Part shown: positions 28,951 to 40,257 of the stretch, piece after piece
Position numbering within the stretch: the stretch's first letter is position 1
Layout of the letters: the number at the start of each line of letters is the position of its first letter
From: Ignavibacteriales bacterium
GTDB taxonomy: Bacteria; Bacteroidota; Ignavibacteria; T3Sed10-11
Direction: 5' to 3'
DNA: 64,000 nucleotides
Assembly (NCBI GenBank): GCA_003562775.1
Contig: PWTU01000538.1
Coordinates: forward strand, 7,161 to 71,160
Translations under genes and position numbers: made by a program
The notes under the pieces: model-generated
The model's input: the letters and a program-made list of their open reading frames with translations, nothing else
Databases searched by the model: none
What the model was told of the DNA's origin: nothing

Positions 28951-28998
28951 GTGTGAGAAATTTCGAATCTGAATGTTTTTCTTTATTTGTACATCATA

Positions 28999-30183
28999 TT
29001 AATATTCAGCCATTAATTTGAGCTGACCCGTCATCAGCAACAATTCTGAAAACGCGGAGAGCACCTCTTCGGCTGTAAAATTGCAATGACCGTATCGTTC
29101 GACGAGTATTGAGAACTGAAGATTACGGGGCGTCGCTTTCTCCTGATACCGTTCCATGTGCCACGCAGGTATTATCGCGTCGAGGCTCGTGTGCATTACT
29201 ACAAGGGGTATGTTCAGTACCCCCGAGGTTTCATAATGTGTCTGCACGTAATGGAACGCGGATGCCTCACCGGTGAACCGTTCGACTCCCGCGTTAAGCG
29301 CCGTGTCGTCCAGCGACCCGGTGTAAACACGATCCGTATTATCGTACATGAAACCTCCCATCACGTTAACCGCGTCGTTTGTGGCGAATACCTGATACCA
29401 GAGAACATCCGTGATTGTTTCAATGAACGATTGAGGATTATCGCGATCGACAGGGGCTTTAGTAACGGCGATTAATTGTTCGGTTTCGTTCGGATTCGCC
29501 GCCACGGCATCGGCAATTCCGGGGAGTAATGTTGACCAGCGGGTAATGAATTCCAAATCTATTCTCCCGGGGTCTTTCCAAACGGACCACCCCTCGATTT
29601 TATCCGCAAAGAAGTAATCAAAAACAACACGGAAGTCACCGAAATAATCGAGCTGCGACTGGAAATCTCCGTAGGGTCCGCATACCGCCATCCCGCCGTC
29701 GAATACCTCAGGTAATTTTTCGATAACGTGCCCCGTTACGAGTCCCCCCAGCGATGCTCCCACCATATAAATTATATCAACCGTGTGATTGGTCAGGACT
29801 CTGACATTTTTCACAATACTTCCGATGTCTTCTACCGCCTGCGGCAGTACGAGTCCGTTCTTATGATAACCGGTCGTTGCCCATCCGTATCCGAGTACTT
29901 CAAGATATTCTGAAAGAAAATCTATGCCGGATAGCTGATGATCGCCGTACGGGGACGAATATCCGGGAGCTATCATAATCAGATTGCGGTTCCAGTTTTC
30001 AGGAATGTACGTCTCCCATAGAGCACCGCTTGCCAGAACGCCTCCCCGGTGTATAGGCAGTACAAGTTCATCCAATGGATCCGGTTCAGTGGAAGATTCA
30101 CATCCGGAAAGGAGGAGCATAAGTGAAAACAATAGAACGGCCGGTAACCCCGTACTCATTTTCAGCAAAAAAGAAATTTTCAT
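28999..30183 (-). CDS. Lipoprotein alpha/beta hydrolase (esterase/peptidase-like)
   Basis: Lipobox LSGC; nucleophile elbow GASLGG; HTSLDAIIP (Asp); YGHCNF (His). Confidence 0.75.
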   Translation of the reverse strand: MKISFLLKMSTGLPAVLLFSLMLLLSGCESSTEPDPLDELVLPIHRGGVLASGALWETYIPENWNRNLIMIAPGYSSPYGDHQLSGIDFLSEYLEVLGYGWATTGYHKNGLVLPQAVEDIGSIVKNVRVLTNHTVDIIYMVGASLGGLVTGHVIEKLPEVFDGGMAVCGPYGDFQSQLDYFGDFRVVFDYFFADKIEGWSVWKDPGRIDLEFITRWSTLLPGIADAVAANPNETEQLIAVTKAPVDRDNPQSFIETITDVLWYQVFATNDAVNVMGGFMYDNTDRVYTGSLDDTALNAGVERFTGEASAFHYVQTHYETSGVLNIPLVVMHTSLDAIIPAWHMERYQEKATPRNLQFSILVERYGHCNFTAEEVLSAFSELLLMTGQLKLMAEY

Positions 30184-30355
30184 TTACATACGCCTTGTTA
30201 ATGTTAACAGGAGATGGATTCCAGAATAACTATTACGATATAAATTATGAGGGCTTCACTCAAATTATACTCCGGGTATCATAACAGCCGGATAGGAGCA
30301 GTTGAGTCGGTCAGTTTGTGCAAGGCATCGGTCTTGACGGACGTTCTTTTGAGAG

Positions 30356-30444
<89 letters not shown>

Positions 30445-30487
30445 TTGTGTGTTTTAATATACAAAATGTCCGTCGTGAAGGCAAATA

Positions 30488-31429
30488 TTATTTTATTACC
30501 GACGCAGACCGCCATCGAATGCGCTCGGCAGAGTCGGTAATTCTACGCGGTTGTTTTTCATCAATATCCATTACATATATTTGCGGCGTGTTTTCGCGTT
30601 CAAGTTGTGCGCAGAAAATTATCTCCCTGCTGCCCGGGATCCAGCGGGGAAACAAAATCGGATCTGCCGTCACAGGCATCGATACAAGCGTTTCCCGTCT
30701 GCCGCCCGGTTCTTTTAGATAATATAACCTCCTCGACCGCACCCCGCTGAATACTATCCCTTCATCCACCGGATGAACCGATGCATGGCTATACCAGTCG
30801 GATCGTGTCTCTGCTACCGGTTCCGGATTCCCCCTTCCGCTTATACGCATGCGCATTAAATTACGATGTCGAAACGGCAGATTGTAATAAACCCATTCTC
30901 CGTCACCCGAAAAAGCAGGCAGCATCGCTCCGAATCTTTCATCGGTAATTTTTCTCATATATGAAGAATGTGCAGTATCACCCGCCGTCCCAACGTTGAT
31001 GACAAATACTTGATGAATACCATCGTAAACCGAAGTGAACGTTATTTTTTCTCCTTCGGGAGACCAGCGCGGGTTTCGCACCGGGACCGGAGAGGTCAGG
31101 CATATATCATCCATCGTATCAAATGATAACAGATGGAGACATCTGCCTTCTTTATCCGCGACATAAGCAATTCGTTTGCCGTCGGGCGAAGCATCGGGCA
31201 TACTGCCTTCAACTAATCGCACCCAGCCGGAGCCGTCGAGATTCATCAGATATATGTAACTTGTACCGCCGCGAAATCCCTCGGACACAATTTTCGGTTG
31301 ATCAAACTCGATAGTGATAGTTTCCGGAGAACGAAGAATCAAAAACCATATCGTAATCAATGCAATCAGCGGTACGCTGATCATGAGGAGTAAAATAGTG
31401 AGTGTACCGATGTTACTTCTTTTACACAT
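30488..31429 (-). CDS. Membrane-anchored TolB-like (PD40) beta-propeller protein
   Basis: N-terminal TM; repeats PDASPDGKRIAY, PRWSPEGEKITF, PAFSGDGEWVYY, QIYVMDID. Confidence 0.75.
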   Translation of the reverse strand: MCKRSNIGTLTILLLMISVPLIALITIWFLILRSPETITIEFDQPKIVSEGFRGGTSYIYLMNLDGSGWVRLVEGSMPDASPDGKRIAYVADKEGRCLHLLSFDTMDDICLTSPVPVRNPRWSPEGEKITFTSVYDGIHQVFVINVGTAGDTAHSSYMRKITDERFGAMLPAFSGDGEWVYYNLPFRHRNLMRMRISGRGNPEPVAETRSDWYSHASVHPVDEGIVFSGVRSRRLYYLKEPGGRRETLVSMPVTADPILFPRWIPGSREIIFCAQLERENTPQIYVMDIDEKQPRRITDSAERIRWRSASVIK

Positions 31430-31446
31430 CTTATACCTCTGTAGAT

Positions 31447-32478
31447 TTATTGATTTTTCAGTAAATCAATCGCGCGCTCAAGAATCGTATCTATCTGCAA
31501 TTGATAATCGCGAGCGGTAATGTTAATCTGCAAATCGGGTACTATACCGATTCCTTCCAACTGAGTGAGATCCGTCGGGAGTTGCCGCCACACCGGAAGA
31601 CGGTATCCCCATTCGTTCGGCAGTTCACGAAATACCGGATTTCCCAACCCGCCGCCGGTGGTATCACCGTAATGCGTAACATGCGGCAGTTCTTTCATCG
31701 CGAGTGTAAAATCCTCGGCGGCGCTGAATGTGGATCTATTGGTCAACAATACTACCGGATTACGATACTGTATTTTTCCACCGGGAGCAATCGTTCGTTC
31801 CTGCAAACCGGTAAAATCCGTATGCCGGGGACCGTTCCGGAATTGCACGTAGGAATACACACGCCGACGGTCGGTGAAGCGTCTGGCGATGAAGTTTGCA
31901 TCTCCACTGCTTCCTCCGCCGTTATGGCGAACATCGACGATAATTCCTTTGAGATCTTTTAGTTCTTCGATTACCTCATCGATAGATTCAACCCATCTTC
32001 CGTCCCCCGCAAAACTTTCGATATAAATGTATCCTATCGAACCGATTTTCCCGTAATGGATATTTCCATTACCGGTCACCTTTTTGTCAGACGACAGATA
32101 CCTGTTTTCAATAAAATTAAAATAGAAGTTTTGAGGATATTGATCGTACCAACCGGTATATGACGACGTTCCGTAGGGAGTATACACATTAACGTGCCCA
32201 TCCCTGAGTGACGCCAACATTTCCGATATAATTTGAAATAATTGTTGACTGTTCAGATCGTTATTTATCCGGGGGCTGTACGCTGTATAGATAGAATCCC
32301 AATCAACCTGCTTTTCGATAAAGAACGGATAATAGCGGTCGAATTCATTCCATACCAGATTGAAAATCTCTACCGGTTCAGTTGGTATATCGGGATTGAT
32401 AAAAAGCTCGCTGCATCCCGTACATGCAACGATAATAAGGATAAATACTATGAGAGCCGTTCGGTTCACTTTAGTCAT
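31447..32478 (-). CDS. S41 family peptidase lipoprotein (tricorn C1 + S41)
   Basis: Lipobox CTGC; LRDGHV; IVDVRHNGGG; TFSAAE (catalytic Ser); EGIGIVPD. Confidence 0.9.
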   Translation of the reverse strand: MTKVNRTALIVFILIIVACTGCSELFINPDIPTEPVEIFNLVWNEFDRYYPFFIEKQVDWDSIYTAYSPRINNDLNSQQLFQIISEMLASLRDGHVNVYTPYGTSSYTGWYDQYPQNFYFNFIENRYLSSDKKVTGNGNIHYGKIGSIGYIYIESFAGDGRWVESIDEVIEELKDLKGIIVDVRHNGGGSSGDANFIARRFTDRRRVYSYVQFRNGPRHTDFTGLQERTIAPGGKIQYRNPVVLLTNRSTFSAAEDFTLAMKELPHVTHYGDTTGGGLGNPVFRELPNEWGYRLPVWRQLPTDLTQLEGIGIVPDLQINITARDYQLQIDTILERAIDLLKNQ

Positions 32479-32481
32479 ATA

Positions 32482-33234
32482 TTATATCCTGTACCCGAAT
32501 AACACCATAATTTGATCACGCGCCGATTTGAAATCCTGCGGCGTCTCGTGTCGATAGTAATTAAAGGTATATGTCATTTCGATCTGAATCCTGCTTGTGA
32601 TCAGATGCCGGTATGATAGCAGCGCTTCCATTTGCCGGTACGAATCGAAAAACTGAAAAGTACCCTGTATCGGTCCCCGGACCGAATAGGGTGAATGATA
32701 TATTAATGCGACAGCCGAGGCAGCCATCCTGGTCCGCACCTCGCCCCCTTTCCCGATCATATAATACGCCTCGATAGAAGGATGGAACGATGTTATATAT
32801 TCTGCAAAAATTTCGTTTCTGTTCTGGAAATAATAATGATCGCGATGGGTAAAAAAATTATCAAAATAAAAACCACCGAAAAACCGCACCCGGTCGTCAA
32901 AAAGCGATGCAATGTGGTGAACGTACCCGCCCTGAACTTGTATGCGAAAATACTCTTCAAACATCCTTTCCTGCCGTACGCTGGACGGCGTAAATGTTCC
33001 GGTATTGTATCCAAACACAATCCGGTGATGACCGCGGGCGGTGTTACGCACGTATTGCACAGAAACGGGCACTGCCGTATCCTGATACCGCAACGGTGAT
33101 GCATGGTGATCTATAAAAAACTGAGATGTATAGCCCGCCCCGGCACTGATTATATGTTTTGGTTCGGTACGAATTTGAGAGGCAGCCACCTGCACTATAA
33201 AAAAAACCACTAATACTACAACAAAATTTCTCAT
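32482..33234 (-). CDS. Putative outer-membrane beta-barrel partner of the S41 peptidase (DUF3316-like)
   Basis: Signal peptide, SPLRY motif, amphipathic strands, C-terminal FGYRI; lies 3 bp upstream of the S41 gene. Confidence 0.55.
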   Translation of the reverse strand: MRNFVVVLVVFFIVQVAASQIRTEPKHIISAGAGYTSQFFIDHHASPLRYQDTAVPVSVQYVRNTARGHHRIVFGYNTGTFTPSSVRQERMFEEYFRIQVQGGYVHHIASLFDDRVRFFGGFYFDNFFTHRDHYYFQNRNEIFAEYITSFHPSIEAYYMIGKGGEVRTRMAASAVALIYHSPYSVRGPIQGTFQFFDSYRQMEALLSYRHLITSRIQIEMTYTFNYYRHETPQDFKSARDQIMVLFGYRI

Positions 33235-33368
33235 CCAGAATATTCTTCAATTTAGCACAATATCGACATAATTTAATGATAAGGAATTTTCTTTACATTT
33301 TCATCTGTTGATAAAACGTTTTTTTTTAAGCATATTAGTACGAATCTGTAAATTCTATATCTCCGCTA

Positions 33369-34787
33369 ATGAAGAAAAACCTAAAATTATATATTTCTGT
33401 TATCATTCCGTTGATTGTCTGGCTCGTACCGACCTCTTTTATACCGATTGACGATTTAACAATTGTTGAACACCGGGTAATAGCACTATTTCTTCTTGCT
33501 GCTCTTTTCTGGATACTGGAACCGGTGCCAATCTACGCAACGTCGATAATGATTATGGTACTGCTACTGGTGACGGTCTCGGACCAGAGCTTTATTTTAT
33601 TTCAGACGGGAAGTGATGAGACGGCTTTGGGTACGCTGATACGTTATCAGGATATTATGGGAACGTTTGCATCCCCCGTTATCATGTTATTTCTCGGCGG
33701 CTTTTTCCTTGCAATGGCCGCAACTAAATACCGTCTCGATCTCAACCTTGCCAATGTATTGCTCAGACCGTTCGGTAATAATCCCAGGTTTGTTTTAATA
33801 GGAATAATTGCAATCACCGCGCTATTCTCTATGTTTATGAGCAATACCGCAACAACTGCAATGATGCTGGCATTACTGGTGCCGGTACTAACATTATTCA
33901 AGGCCGGCGACAGAGGAAAGATCGCATTCGGGCTGGCAGTGCCATTTGCCGCAAATATAGGCGGGATCGGCACAATCATCGGCACACCGCCAAACGCTAT
34001 TGCCGTGCGGTATCTCACCGGTGATTATGCAATCGGATTCGGCCAATGGATGGCATTTGCGCTGCCGTTCGTTATCATAATGCTTGCATTTCTCTGGTTT
34101 ATATTGCTTCGCTTTTATCCTGTAGAAACAGAGACTATTAATCTCAAAATCGGCGGAAAATTTCTCAGGAACTGGAAGGCAATGGTTGTATACTGTACCT
34201 TTACGGTAACACTTGTGCTGTGGCTGCTCGATTTTTTACACGGTATGAATGCATTTATCGTTGCACTCATACCGGTTGCCGTTTTTTCTATTACAACGAT
34301 AATTAACAAAGAGGATTTACGGAGAATCAGTTGGGACGTGCTCTGGCTCGTTGCGGGGGGACTTGCACTCGGTCTTGCACTTGAACGAACCGGGCTTGCA
34401 GAAAGTATTGTTGCAAGTATACCGTTCGGTAATTTTGCACCGTTGCTGATTGTTGCATTTGCCTGTCTGATCACTATTGTTATGTCGAATTTTATCTCGA
34501 ATACGGCAACGGCGAATCTGCTCTTACCTATTATGGTTGCACTCGGAACAAGTCTTCCGGAGTTGTACGGTATAGGCGGATTGCGGTATATAGTTCTGAC
34601 GGTTGCATTTGCCTGTTCTCTTGGAATGGCAATGCCGATTAGTACACCGCCGAACGCCCTGTCGTATGCCTCGGGATTCTTTAAAACCAATGATATGCTG
34701 AAAATGGGAATTATCGTCGGCGGAACCGGGCTTATTTTTGCGTATTTTTATTTATATATACTTGCCGACATAATCGATGTGTTATGA
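33369..34787 (+). CDS. SLC13/DASS family Na+/anion symporter
   Basis: Two SNTAT motifs, ANIGGIGTIIGTPPNA, PISTPPNA; many TM segments. Confidence 0.92.
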   Translation: MKKNLKLYISVIIPLIVWLVPTSFIPIDDLTIVEHRVIALFLLAALFWILEPVPIYATSIMIMVLLLVTVSDQSFILFQTGSDETALGTLIRYQDIMGTFASPVIMLFLGGFFLAMAATKYRLDLNLANVLLRPFGNNPRFVLIGIIAITALFSMFMSNTATTAMMLALLVPVLTLFKAGDRGKIAFGLAVPFAANIGGIGTIIGTPPNAIAVRYLTGDYAIGFGQWMAFALPFVIIMLAFLWFILLRFYPVETETINLKIGGKFLRNWKAMVVYCTFTVTLVLWLLDFLHGMNAFIVALIPVAVFSITTIINKEDLRRISWDVLWLVAGGLALGLALERTGLAESIVASIPFGNFAPLLIVAFACLITIVMSNFISNTATANLLLPIMVALGTSLPELYGIGGLRYIVLTVAFACSLGMAMPISTPPNALSYASGFFKTNDMLKMGIIVGGTGLIFAYFYLYILADIIDVL

Positions 34788-36142
34788 GTACATTTATAAA
34801 AAACTTTCATACGCAATTTTTAGTCGATATATATTTTTCCGATCCGAAGCGTGTTATCACGCTTCCGGAAGGCGAATTTCTCTTTAAACAGGATGAATTC
34901 AACGATCGATTATTTCTTGTTAAAAAAGGGAAACTGCGTGGTTTCGGCATCAATCCCGATGGAAGTGAAGTTGAATTCTTTATTGCAACTCCGTATATGT
35001 TTGTTGGGGTAAATAGTTTTTTCTCGACCTCAAAAACAATGACGAATACCGTAACGCTTGAAGATTCCATCCTCGCGTACATCGGCTATAAAGATGCGGT
35101 ATACCTCGCCGGAGGGAACGCAAGTCTCTCCGAACAGTTTCTCCCGGTCATCGTCAATGAGCTTACATACCGGCAAACCCGAATGATGGAGATCGGTGCG
35201 GAAACGGAAAAAACCCTGAAAAAACTTATTCAGTCGGAAAAGCTTGCCTCACTCGGACAAATGGCTGCGGGAATAGCACATGAATTGAACAATGCCATAG
35301 CCGTACTCGAAAAAAACACAAAATGGCTCGGCGAACGAATCGCTGAAATAATAGATTCTCACAGACCCGATATGTTACGGCATTTTCAAACAGGTTTGAG
35401 CGAAGGCCGGTCGCTCTCGAACAGCGAGATACGCGCACGCCAAAAAAGGTATAAATCTATTTTTAAACTCACAGACGCCCACGCAGAAACACTGGCGAAT
35501 ACAAGCGTTTCCGAATCGGAACTATCGAAAATTAAAGACCGGCTCAAACAGCTTGCTCCGGATATCAGTGCATATTGGGAGATAGGTGCAACAATTAAGG
35601 ATATGCTGGTTGCAGCACAGCATGCTACATATGTTGTAAAATCGGTTAAAGAACTTGGCGTTCGACGCTCTCAACGGGCTCAGCACGTAGACATTAATGA
35701 AACCATCAAAGAAGCTTTAACTCTCCTCCAAAGCGATCTCCGGAAAATACATGTAGACCTGCATTTTTCATCCCTGCCGCCTATAATTGCAAATGCCGGT
35801 GAGATGATACAGATCTGGTCCAATCTAATTAAAAACGCCTGTGAGAGCATGATCAATGCAAAAACGGTCGATCCGCAGCTTGAAATAACTTCCGGAATGG
35901 AAAAAAACAAAATTGTGGTGACCGTGAAGGATAACGGTCCCGGAATACCCGAACATATTAAAGATAAAATTTTTCAACCAAATGTAACCACCAAAATTGA
36001 AGGACTTTCATTCGGCTTAGGACTCGGTTTGACAATCGTACAAAGAATTCTTGACGGTTATGGCGGCAAGATATCGGTTGAAAGCGAACCGGGTAATACA
36101 CTGTTTACTATTTCAATACCCAAAGGAGACAACAATGGCTAA
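34784..36142 (+). CDS. Cyclic-nucleotide-binding-domain sensor histidine kinase
   Basis: N-terminal cNMP fold (LPEGEFLFKQDE..LFLVKKGKL); SEKLASLGQMAAGIAHELNN; NLIKNA; DNGPGIP; GLGLGL. Confidence 0.85.
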   Translation: MSTFIKNFHTQFLVDIYFSDPKRVITLPEGEFLFKQDEFNDRLFLVKKGKLRGFGINPDGSEVEFFIATPYMFVGVNSFFSTSKTMTNTVTLEDSILAYIGYKDAVYLAGGNASLSEQFLPVIVNELTYRQTRMMEIGAETEKTLKKLIQSEKLASLGQMAAGIAHELNNAIAVLEKNTKWLGERIAEIIDSHRPDMLRHFQTGLSEGRSLSNSEIRARQKRYKSIFKLTDAHAETLANTSVSESELSKIKDRLKQLAPDISAYWEIGATIKDMLVAAQHATYVVKSVKELGVRRSQRAQHVDINETIKEALTLLQSDLRKIHVDLHFSSLPPIIANAGEMIQIWSNLIKNACESMINAKTVDPQLEITSGMEKNKIVVTVKDNGPGIPEHIKDKIFQPNVTTKIEGLSFGLGLGLTIVQRILDGYGGKISVESEPGNTLFTISIPKGDNNG

Positions 36143-36617
36143 ACCGAACATCATCTGCGTCGACGATCAACGGGATGTTCTCGCAACATTGAAGAAAGAG
36201 TTACAGTTTTTCCGCGATCACATCAAGATTTATTACTGTGAATCCGCCGATGAAGCTGCAAAAATCCTCAATGAAATCGACACTGAGGGAGGATATGTTG
36301 CGGTAATTGTATGCGACCATGTCATGCCGGGAAACAGCGGGGTTGAATTTTTAAGTCAGGTAAATAACGATGCACGTTTTCCACATACAAAAAAACTTCT
36401 TCTCACCGGGCTTGCAACACATGAAGATACTATTGAGGCAATTAACAAAGCAAATATCGACCGGTACATCGGCAAACCGTGGGACACTCATGATCTTATT
36501 AAAAAAGTACGCGTGTTGTTAACCGAATTTATCCTCGAGGAGGGTTTGGACTATAATGAGTATCTTCCCGTACTGGACCAGGAAACGCTGTTCGCACAAC
36601 TCCGTAAATCAATGTAG
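36135..36617 (+). CDS. Single-domain response regulator
   Basis: AAGGAG RBS; IICVDDQ, IVCDHVMPG, LLTG, IGKPW. Confidence 0.88.
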   Translation: MAKPNIICVDDQRDVLATLKKELQFFRDHIKIYYCESADEAAKILNEIDTEGGYVAVIVCDHVMPGNSGVEFLSQVNNDARFPHTKKLLLTGLATHEDTIEAINKANIDRYIGKPWDTHDLIKKVRVLLTEFILEEGLDYNEYLPVLDQETLFAQLRKSM

Positions 36618-36618
36618 T

Positions 36619-38865
36619 TTATTCCACTATCGAGTGCTTATGGTCATCGAGTACCCGGCGGATCAGTGTACCGAACTCGTATTCGTCATAGGGTTTTTTA
36701 ATATAGGCCTGAATACCTTCCCGGAGATTTTGTTCATCAAGGATATATTCGCCGTAGCCGGTCGATACAATGACGGGGATGGTTTCATTAAATTCTCTCA
36801 GCTTTAACAGGACTTCCCGGCCGCTTACATACGGCATATTCAAATCAAGTATTAACAGATCAAACCGGGCATCCTGAGATCGCAGCTCGCGAAGCCCTTC
36901 CTCACCCGATTCACACAATGCCACATCGTATCCGAGATCGGTTAACATATCACTGATCATTCTCCCAACCAAAATATCATCTTCGATAACGATAATTTTT
37001 TCCGTTCCCCCCGTCACTTTCCGGGTTGACGGTTTAATGACCTCCTTTTTTCTCTTTTCCAATGAAAGCAACGGTAAATAAATGGAAAAAATCGATCCCT
37101 TGGCTGGTTCACTCTCAACAGTGATAAAACCCCTATGCTTATTCACGATACTATAGGCAACGGATAAACCCAGGCCGGTCCCCTTATCGGCATCCTTTGT
37201 GGTAAAAAACGGTTCAAAGATTTTCTTTTTTGTTACTTCATCCATACCGATTCCGCTATCGCGGATCCATAGTACAACAAATTTTCCCTCGCCGCTGTGA
37301 GGAGTTAAAATACGCTTCTGGGAAAGATATTCTATGGAAGTCGAGAGAGTAACGGTTCCCCCCTGCGGCATCGCATCACGTGCATTAAGGATCAGGTTCA
37401 TCAAGACTTGCTGCAGTTGCCGTTCATCGCCTTCAATGACGGCAGAACCGGTGGATAATTTCGATTCGATAATGATACTTTTGTCGAGACTCCGTTCCAT
37501 AAGCCGGGCGGTATCCCGGACCACAACATTTGCATCTACCGGATGATACTTAACGTCACTTTGCCGCGCAAATGTCAAAAGCTGCTGGGTAAGGGCGCCG
37601 CCTCGGCGTGAGGAAGATTCAATTAAATCAACATAATCGAACCATGGATCGTCATTTTTCATTTTTCGCTTCATTATGGATGCAGCATTGAGAATAGCAA
37701 CCATAATATTATTAAAATCGTGCGCAATACCGCCCGCGAGATTACCCAGACTATCGATGCGCTGTGCCTGCAGCAATTTTTCCTGCATCATCTTCTTTTC
37801 TGAAATATTTCGCATTGCAACACGTACTTTTACCGGCTGCGAATCTTTGTACATCAGTGAGGTGTTGACGCTTACGTCGATAAAAGATCCATCTTTCCGG
37901 CGAATCCGTTCTTCTATACCGGTAAGATTTTCTTCTTTATTGAAAATACGATTGAGGTTATTTTTCAATTTCGGGTGATATTCTTCGGGATATAAGATAG
38001 TAATATCGGCGCCGATCAATTCATCCTTTGTGTAGCCAAGCATCTTCACTTCTGTTTGATTACAACTCACTATTTTCCCATCTTTGTCGATAATGTGATA
38101 CATATCGGGAGCATGTTCAAACAAATCGGCGTAGAGCTGCTGCGATACATTTAACTGCTCAAACAATTGCGCATTATCGAGAGCAATATTGATCTGTCTG
38201 ACAAACACAGAAAGAAGGTTCATTTGTTTCTCAGTGAACTTCTTACTATCCTTGCTCGCAAGTATCATAGTTCCCGCAAATCCGCCCGTGGTCTCAAGTG
38301 GTTGAGAAATAAGTATACGTATACCGATGCGGCGCAGCGTCAACGGGAAAGCTTCCGAACCGTCTCGCATTCGTTCCCATCGCATTAGCGGCCGGCGCCA
38401 ATCCTGTGTGACGGTGCTCGATTCCTCGAATAGTTTTATAATATCAACGTCCGCTCCTTCATTATATTCGAGTTGCAGCTCATTGTTTTCTTTCGCGAGA
38501 TAAATCCATCCGTAATCTGCATCGAGCAGATCTACGACCGTCTTGAGAGCATTAACTAAAATATCACCGGTTCGTACCGAATTGGATATTGCATCCGAGA
38601 TTGTGTTGATGGCAAGCATTTCTCGGCGTTGTTCCTCGATTTCACGACCGTACCTCACCGAAAAATACACGCTCACAAATCCAAATATCCCGACCACCAT
38701 CACGATCATAAAATCGAGAACCGTTAATTCCTCTCCCAAAAGAACATAGATGCTGACAATTGTAGCCATTGCAACAATTACCGCAGTCGATGCAACTACC
38801 TGCAATTGTTCAACAAGTCCGAACCGTCGAAAAAGGGTTCGGTTTCTCCGATTATCAGCCGGCAT
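36619..38865 (-). CDS. Hybrid sensor histidine kinase (2 TM, GAF, PAS, HisKA, HATPase, REC)
   Basis: [37 protein letters not shown]-terminal [12 protein letters not shown]. Confidence 0.9.
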   Translation of the reverse strand: MPADNRRNRTLFRRFGLVEQLQVVASTAVIVAMATIVSIYVLLGEELTVLDFMIVMVVGIFGFVSVYFSVRYGREIEEQRREMLAINTISDAISNSVRTGDILVNALKTVVDLLDADYGWIYLAKENNELQLEYNEGADVDIIKLFEESSTVTQDWRRPLMRWERMRDGSEAFPLTLRRIGIRILISQPLETTGGFAGTMILASKDSKKFTEKQMNLLSVFVRQINIALDNAQLFEQLNVSQQLYADLFEHAPDMYHIIDKDGKIVSCNQTEVKMLGYTKDELIGADITILYPEEYHPKLKNNLNRIFNKEENLTGIEERIRRKDGSFIDVSVNTSLMYKDSQPVKVRVAMRNISEKKMMQEKLLQAQRIDSLGNLAGGIAHDFNNIMVAILNAASIMKRKMKNDDPWFDYVDLIESSSRRGGALTQQLLTFARQSDVKYHPVDANVVVRDTARLMERSLDKSIIIESKLSTGSAVIEGDERQLQQVLMNLILNARDAMPQGGTVTLSTSIEYLSQKRILTPHSGEGKFVVLWIRDSGIGMDEVTKKKIFEPFFTTKDADKGTGLGLSVAYSIVNKHRGFITVESEPAKGSIFSIYLPLLSLEKRKKEVIKPSTRKVTGGTEKIIVIEDDILVGRMISDMLTDLGYDVALCESGEEGLRELRSQDARFDLLILDLNMPYVSGREVLLKLREFNETIPVIVSTGYGEYILDEQNLREGIQAYIKKPYDEYEFGTLIRRVLDDHKHSIVE

Positions 38866-38892
38866 AGTTAGTTCCCGGAATAGTTCACATAA

Positions 38893-40107
38893 TTACGATT
38901 GATGAGCCGTTTCCTTCATATAGTTGTTCGTCACAATCAGCTTTTCTGCATTTTGTATCGCAGATTCATACTCTTCGTCGGCATCTATCGTGGATTCGAT
39001 TTCAATAATATCCTTTATGGATCCCCACGTTTCAACCTGACGGGGCATAAGAAATGAACAACAATCATCATAGGGTTTTGCGGATATAGATTCAGTTCCG
39101 ATGTTTCGAGCAAGTGATATTATTTCTTCTTTATCCATACCGATAAGCGGACGAATAATGGGTATAGCGGCGCTTTCATCCACGACATGTATATTCCTTA
39201 ATGTCTGTGACGCAACCTGACCGAGACTTTCACCGGTGACAAGCGCTTCACACTTATGCCGCTCCGCAATACGTTCTGAAAGCCGGACCATCGCACGCCG
39301 GTACAACAACACTCGATATTGAGAAGGAGCAACTGCGATTATCTTCTTTTGTATTTCGGCTATCGGTATCATATAGCAGACTGCGTCGTGTTGAAAATCG
39401 GACAGCCGTTTTACCAATGCGTGAACCTGATCGATAGAATTTCTTGACACATAGGGATAACTGTGAAAATGAGCAAAGTATACACGCGCACCGCGTTTCA
39501 TCATCAGGTACGATGCGACCGGTGAATCGAATCCCGCCGATATCATCGAAACTATCCTACCGCTAATACCGACCGGCAATCCGCCTATTCCCCGGTACCG
39601 TGAGCAAAAAATATACACCCCTGTGTATGCTATCTCTATCCGGATAACGGTATCGGGATCGTTGAGATTAACCGGTAAACTATATCTGTCAACCACTGCC
39701 TGCCCGACCTGCTGATTCACTTCCGGCGATGTTAGCGGAAATCCTTTATCGGATCGACGGGTATCCACTTTAAAGCTGCCGGCAGGAACATCCTTCATCA
39801 ATATAATTACACCATCGATAATTTCATCAAGTGAGCGACTGACTTCAAACCCGACGCCAAAATACGTGATTCCGGGGATGTCGCGAAGCCGTCGCAATAC
39901 AAGCTGACGGTACGACACATCACTCCACTCGTCGGGCAACGATAATAAGAATCTGCCGTTGACACGTCGTATTTCACTTCCGCATCCAACATCGGTGAGT
40001 GCCTGCGAGATATTCTTATGTAACCGCTTCTCGAACATTCCTCTGTTTTTCCCTTTCAGGGCAATTTCACCGTAATGTATGATAATGATTGATTTTCGCA
40101 TATCCAT
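38893..40107 (-). CDS. thiI: tRNA 4-thiouridine synthase ThiI (THUMP + PP-loop, no rhodanese domain)
   Basis: HYGEIALKGKNR, GGLPVG..G, ISAGFDSPVA, TGESLGQVASQTL, RPLIGMDKEEI, DDCC. Confidence 0.93.
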   Translation of the reverse strand: MDMRKSIIIIHYGEIALKGKNRGMFEKRLHKNISQALTDVGCGSEIRRVNGRFLLSLPDEWSDVSYRQLVLRRLRDIPGITYFGVGFEVSRSLDEIIDGVIILMKDVPAGSFKVDTRRSDKGFPLTSPEVNQQVGQAVVDRYSLPVNLNDPDTVIRIEIAYTGVYIFCSRYRGIGGLPVGISGRIVSMISAGFDSPVASYLMMKRGARVYFAHFHSYPYVSRNSIDQVHALVKRLSDFQHDAVCYMIPIAEIQKKIIAVAPSQYRVLLYRRAMVRLSERIAERHKCEALVTGESLGQVASQTLRNIHVVDESAAIPIIRPLIGMDKEEIISLARNIGTESISAKPYDDCCSFLMPRQVETWGSIKDIIEIESTIDADEEYESAIQNAEKLIVTNNYMKETAHQS

Positions 40108-40257
40108 AAAAATTATTGAAATACCACTTTAAATGCAAGCAATTTTAAAAATTGACTTGAACGATGATGAGAAAAATCATACATTACTATATAAACATAG
40201 TCTCGAAAATGTTCCAGCCGCGGGATGAACTTGTCACCTTAATTGAAGGAGGCGCAC

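Noticed and set aside
28750-28956. Overlapping +1-frame ORF suggesting a frameshifted gene
   Set aside because: The 28599-28913 ORF is complete with RBS and stop; the alternative frame has no motif and runs into the att-like scar.
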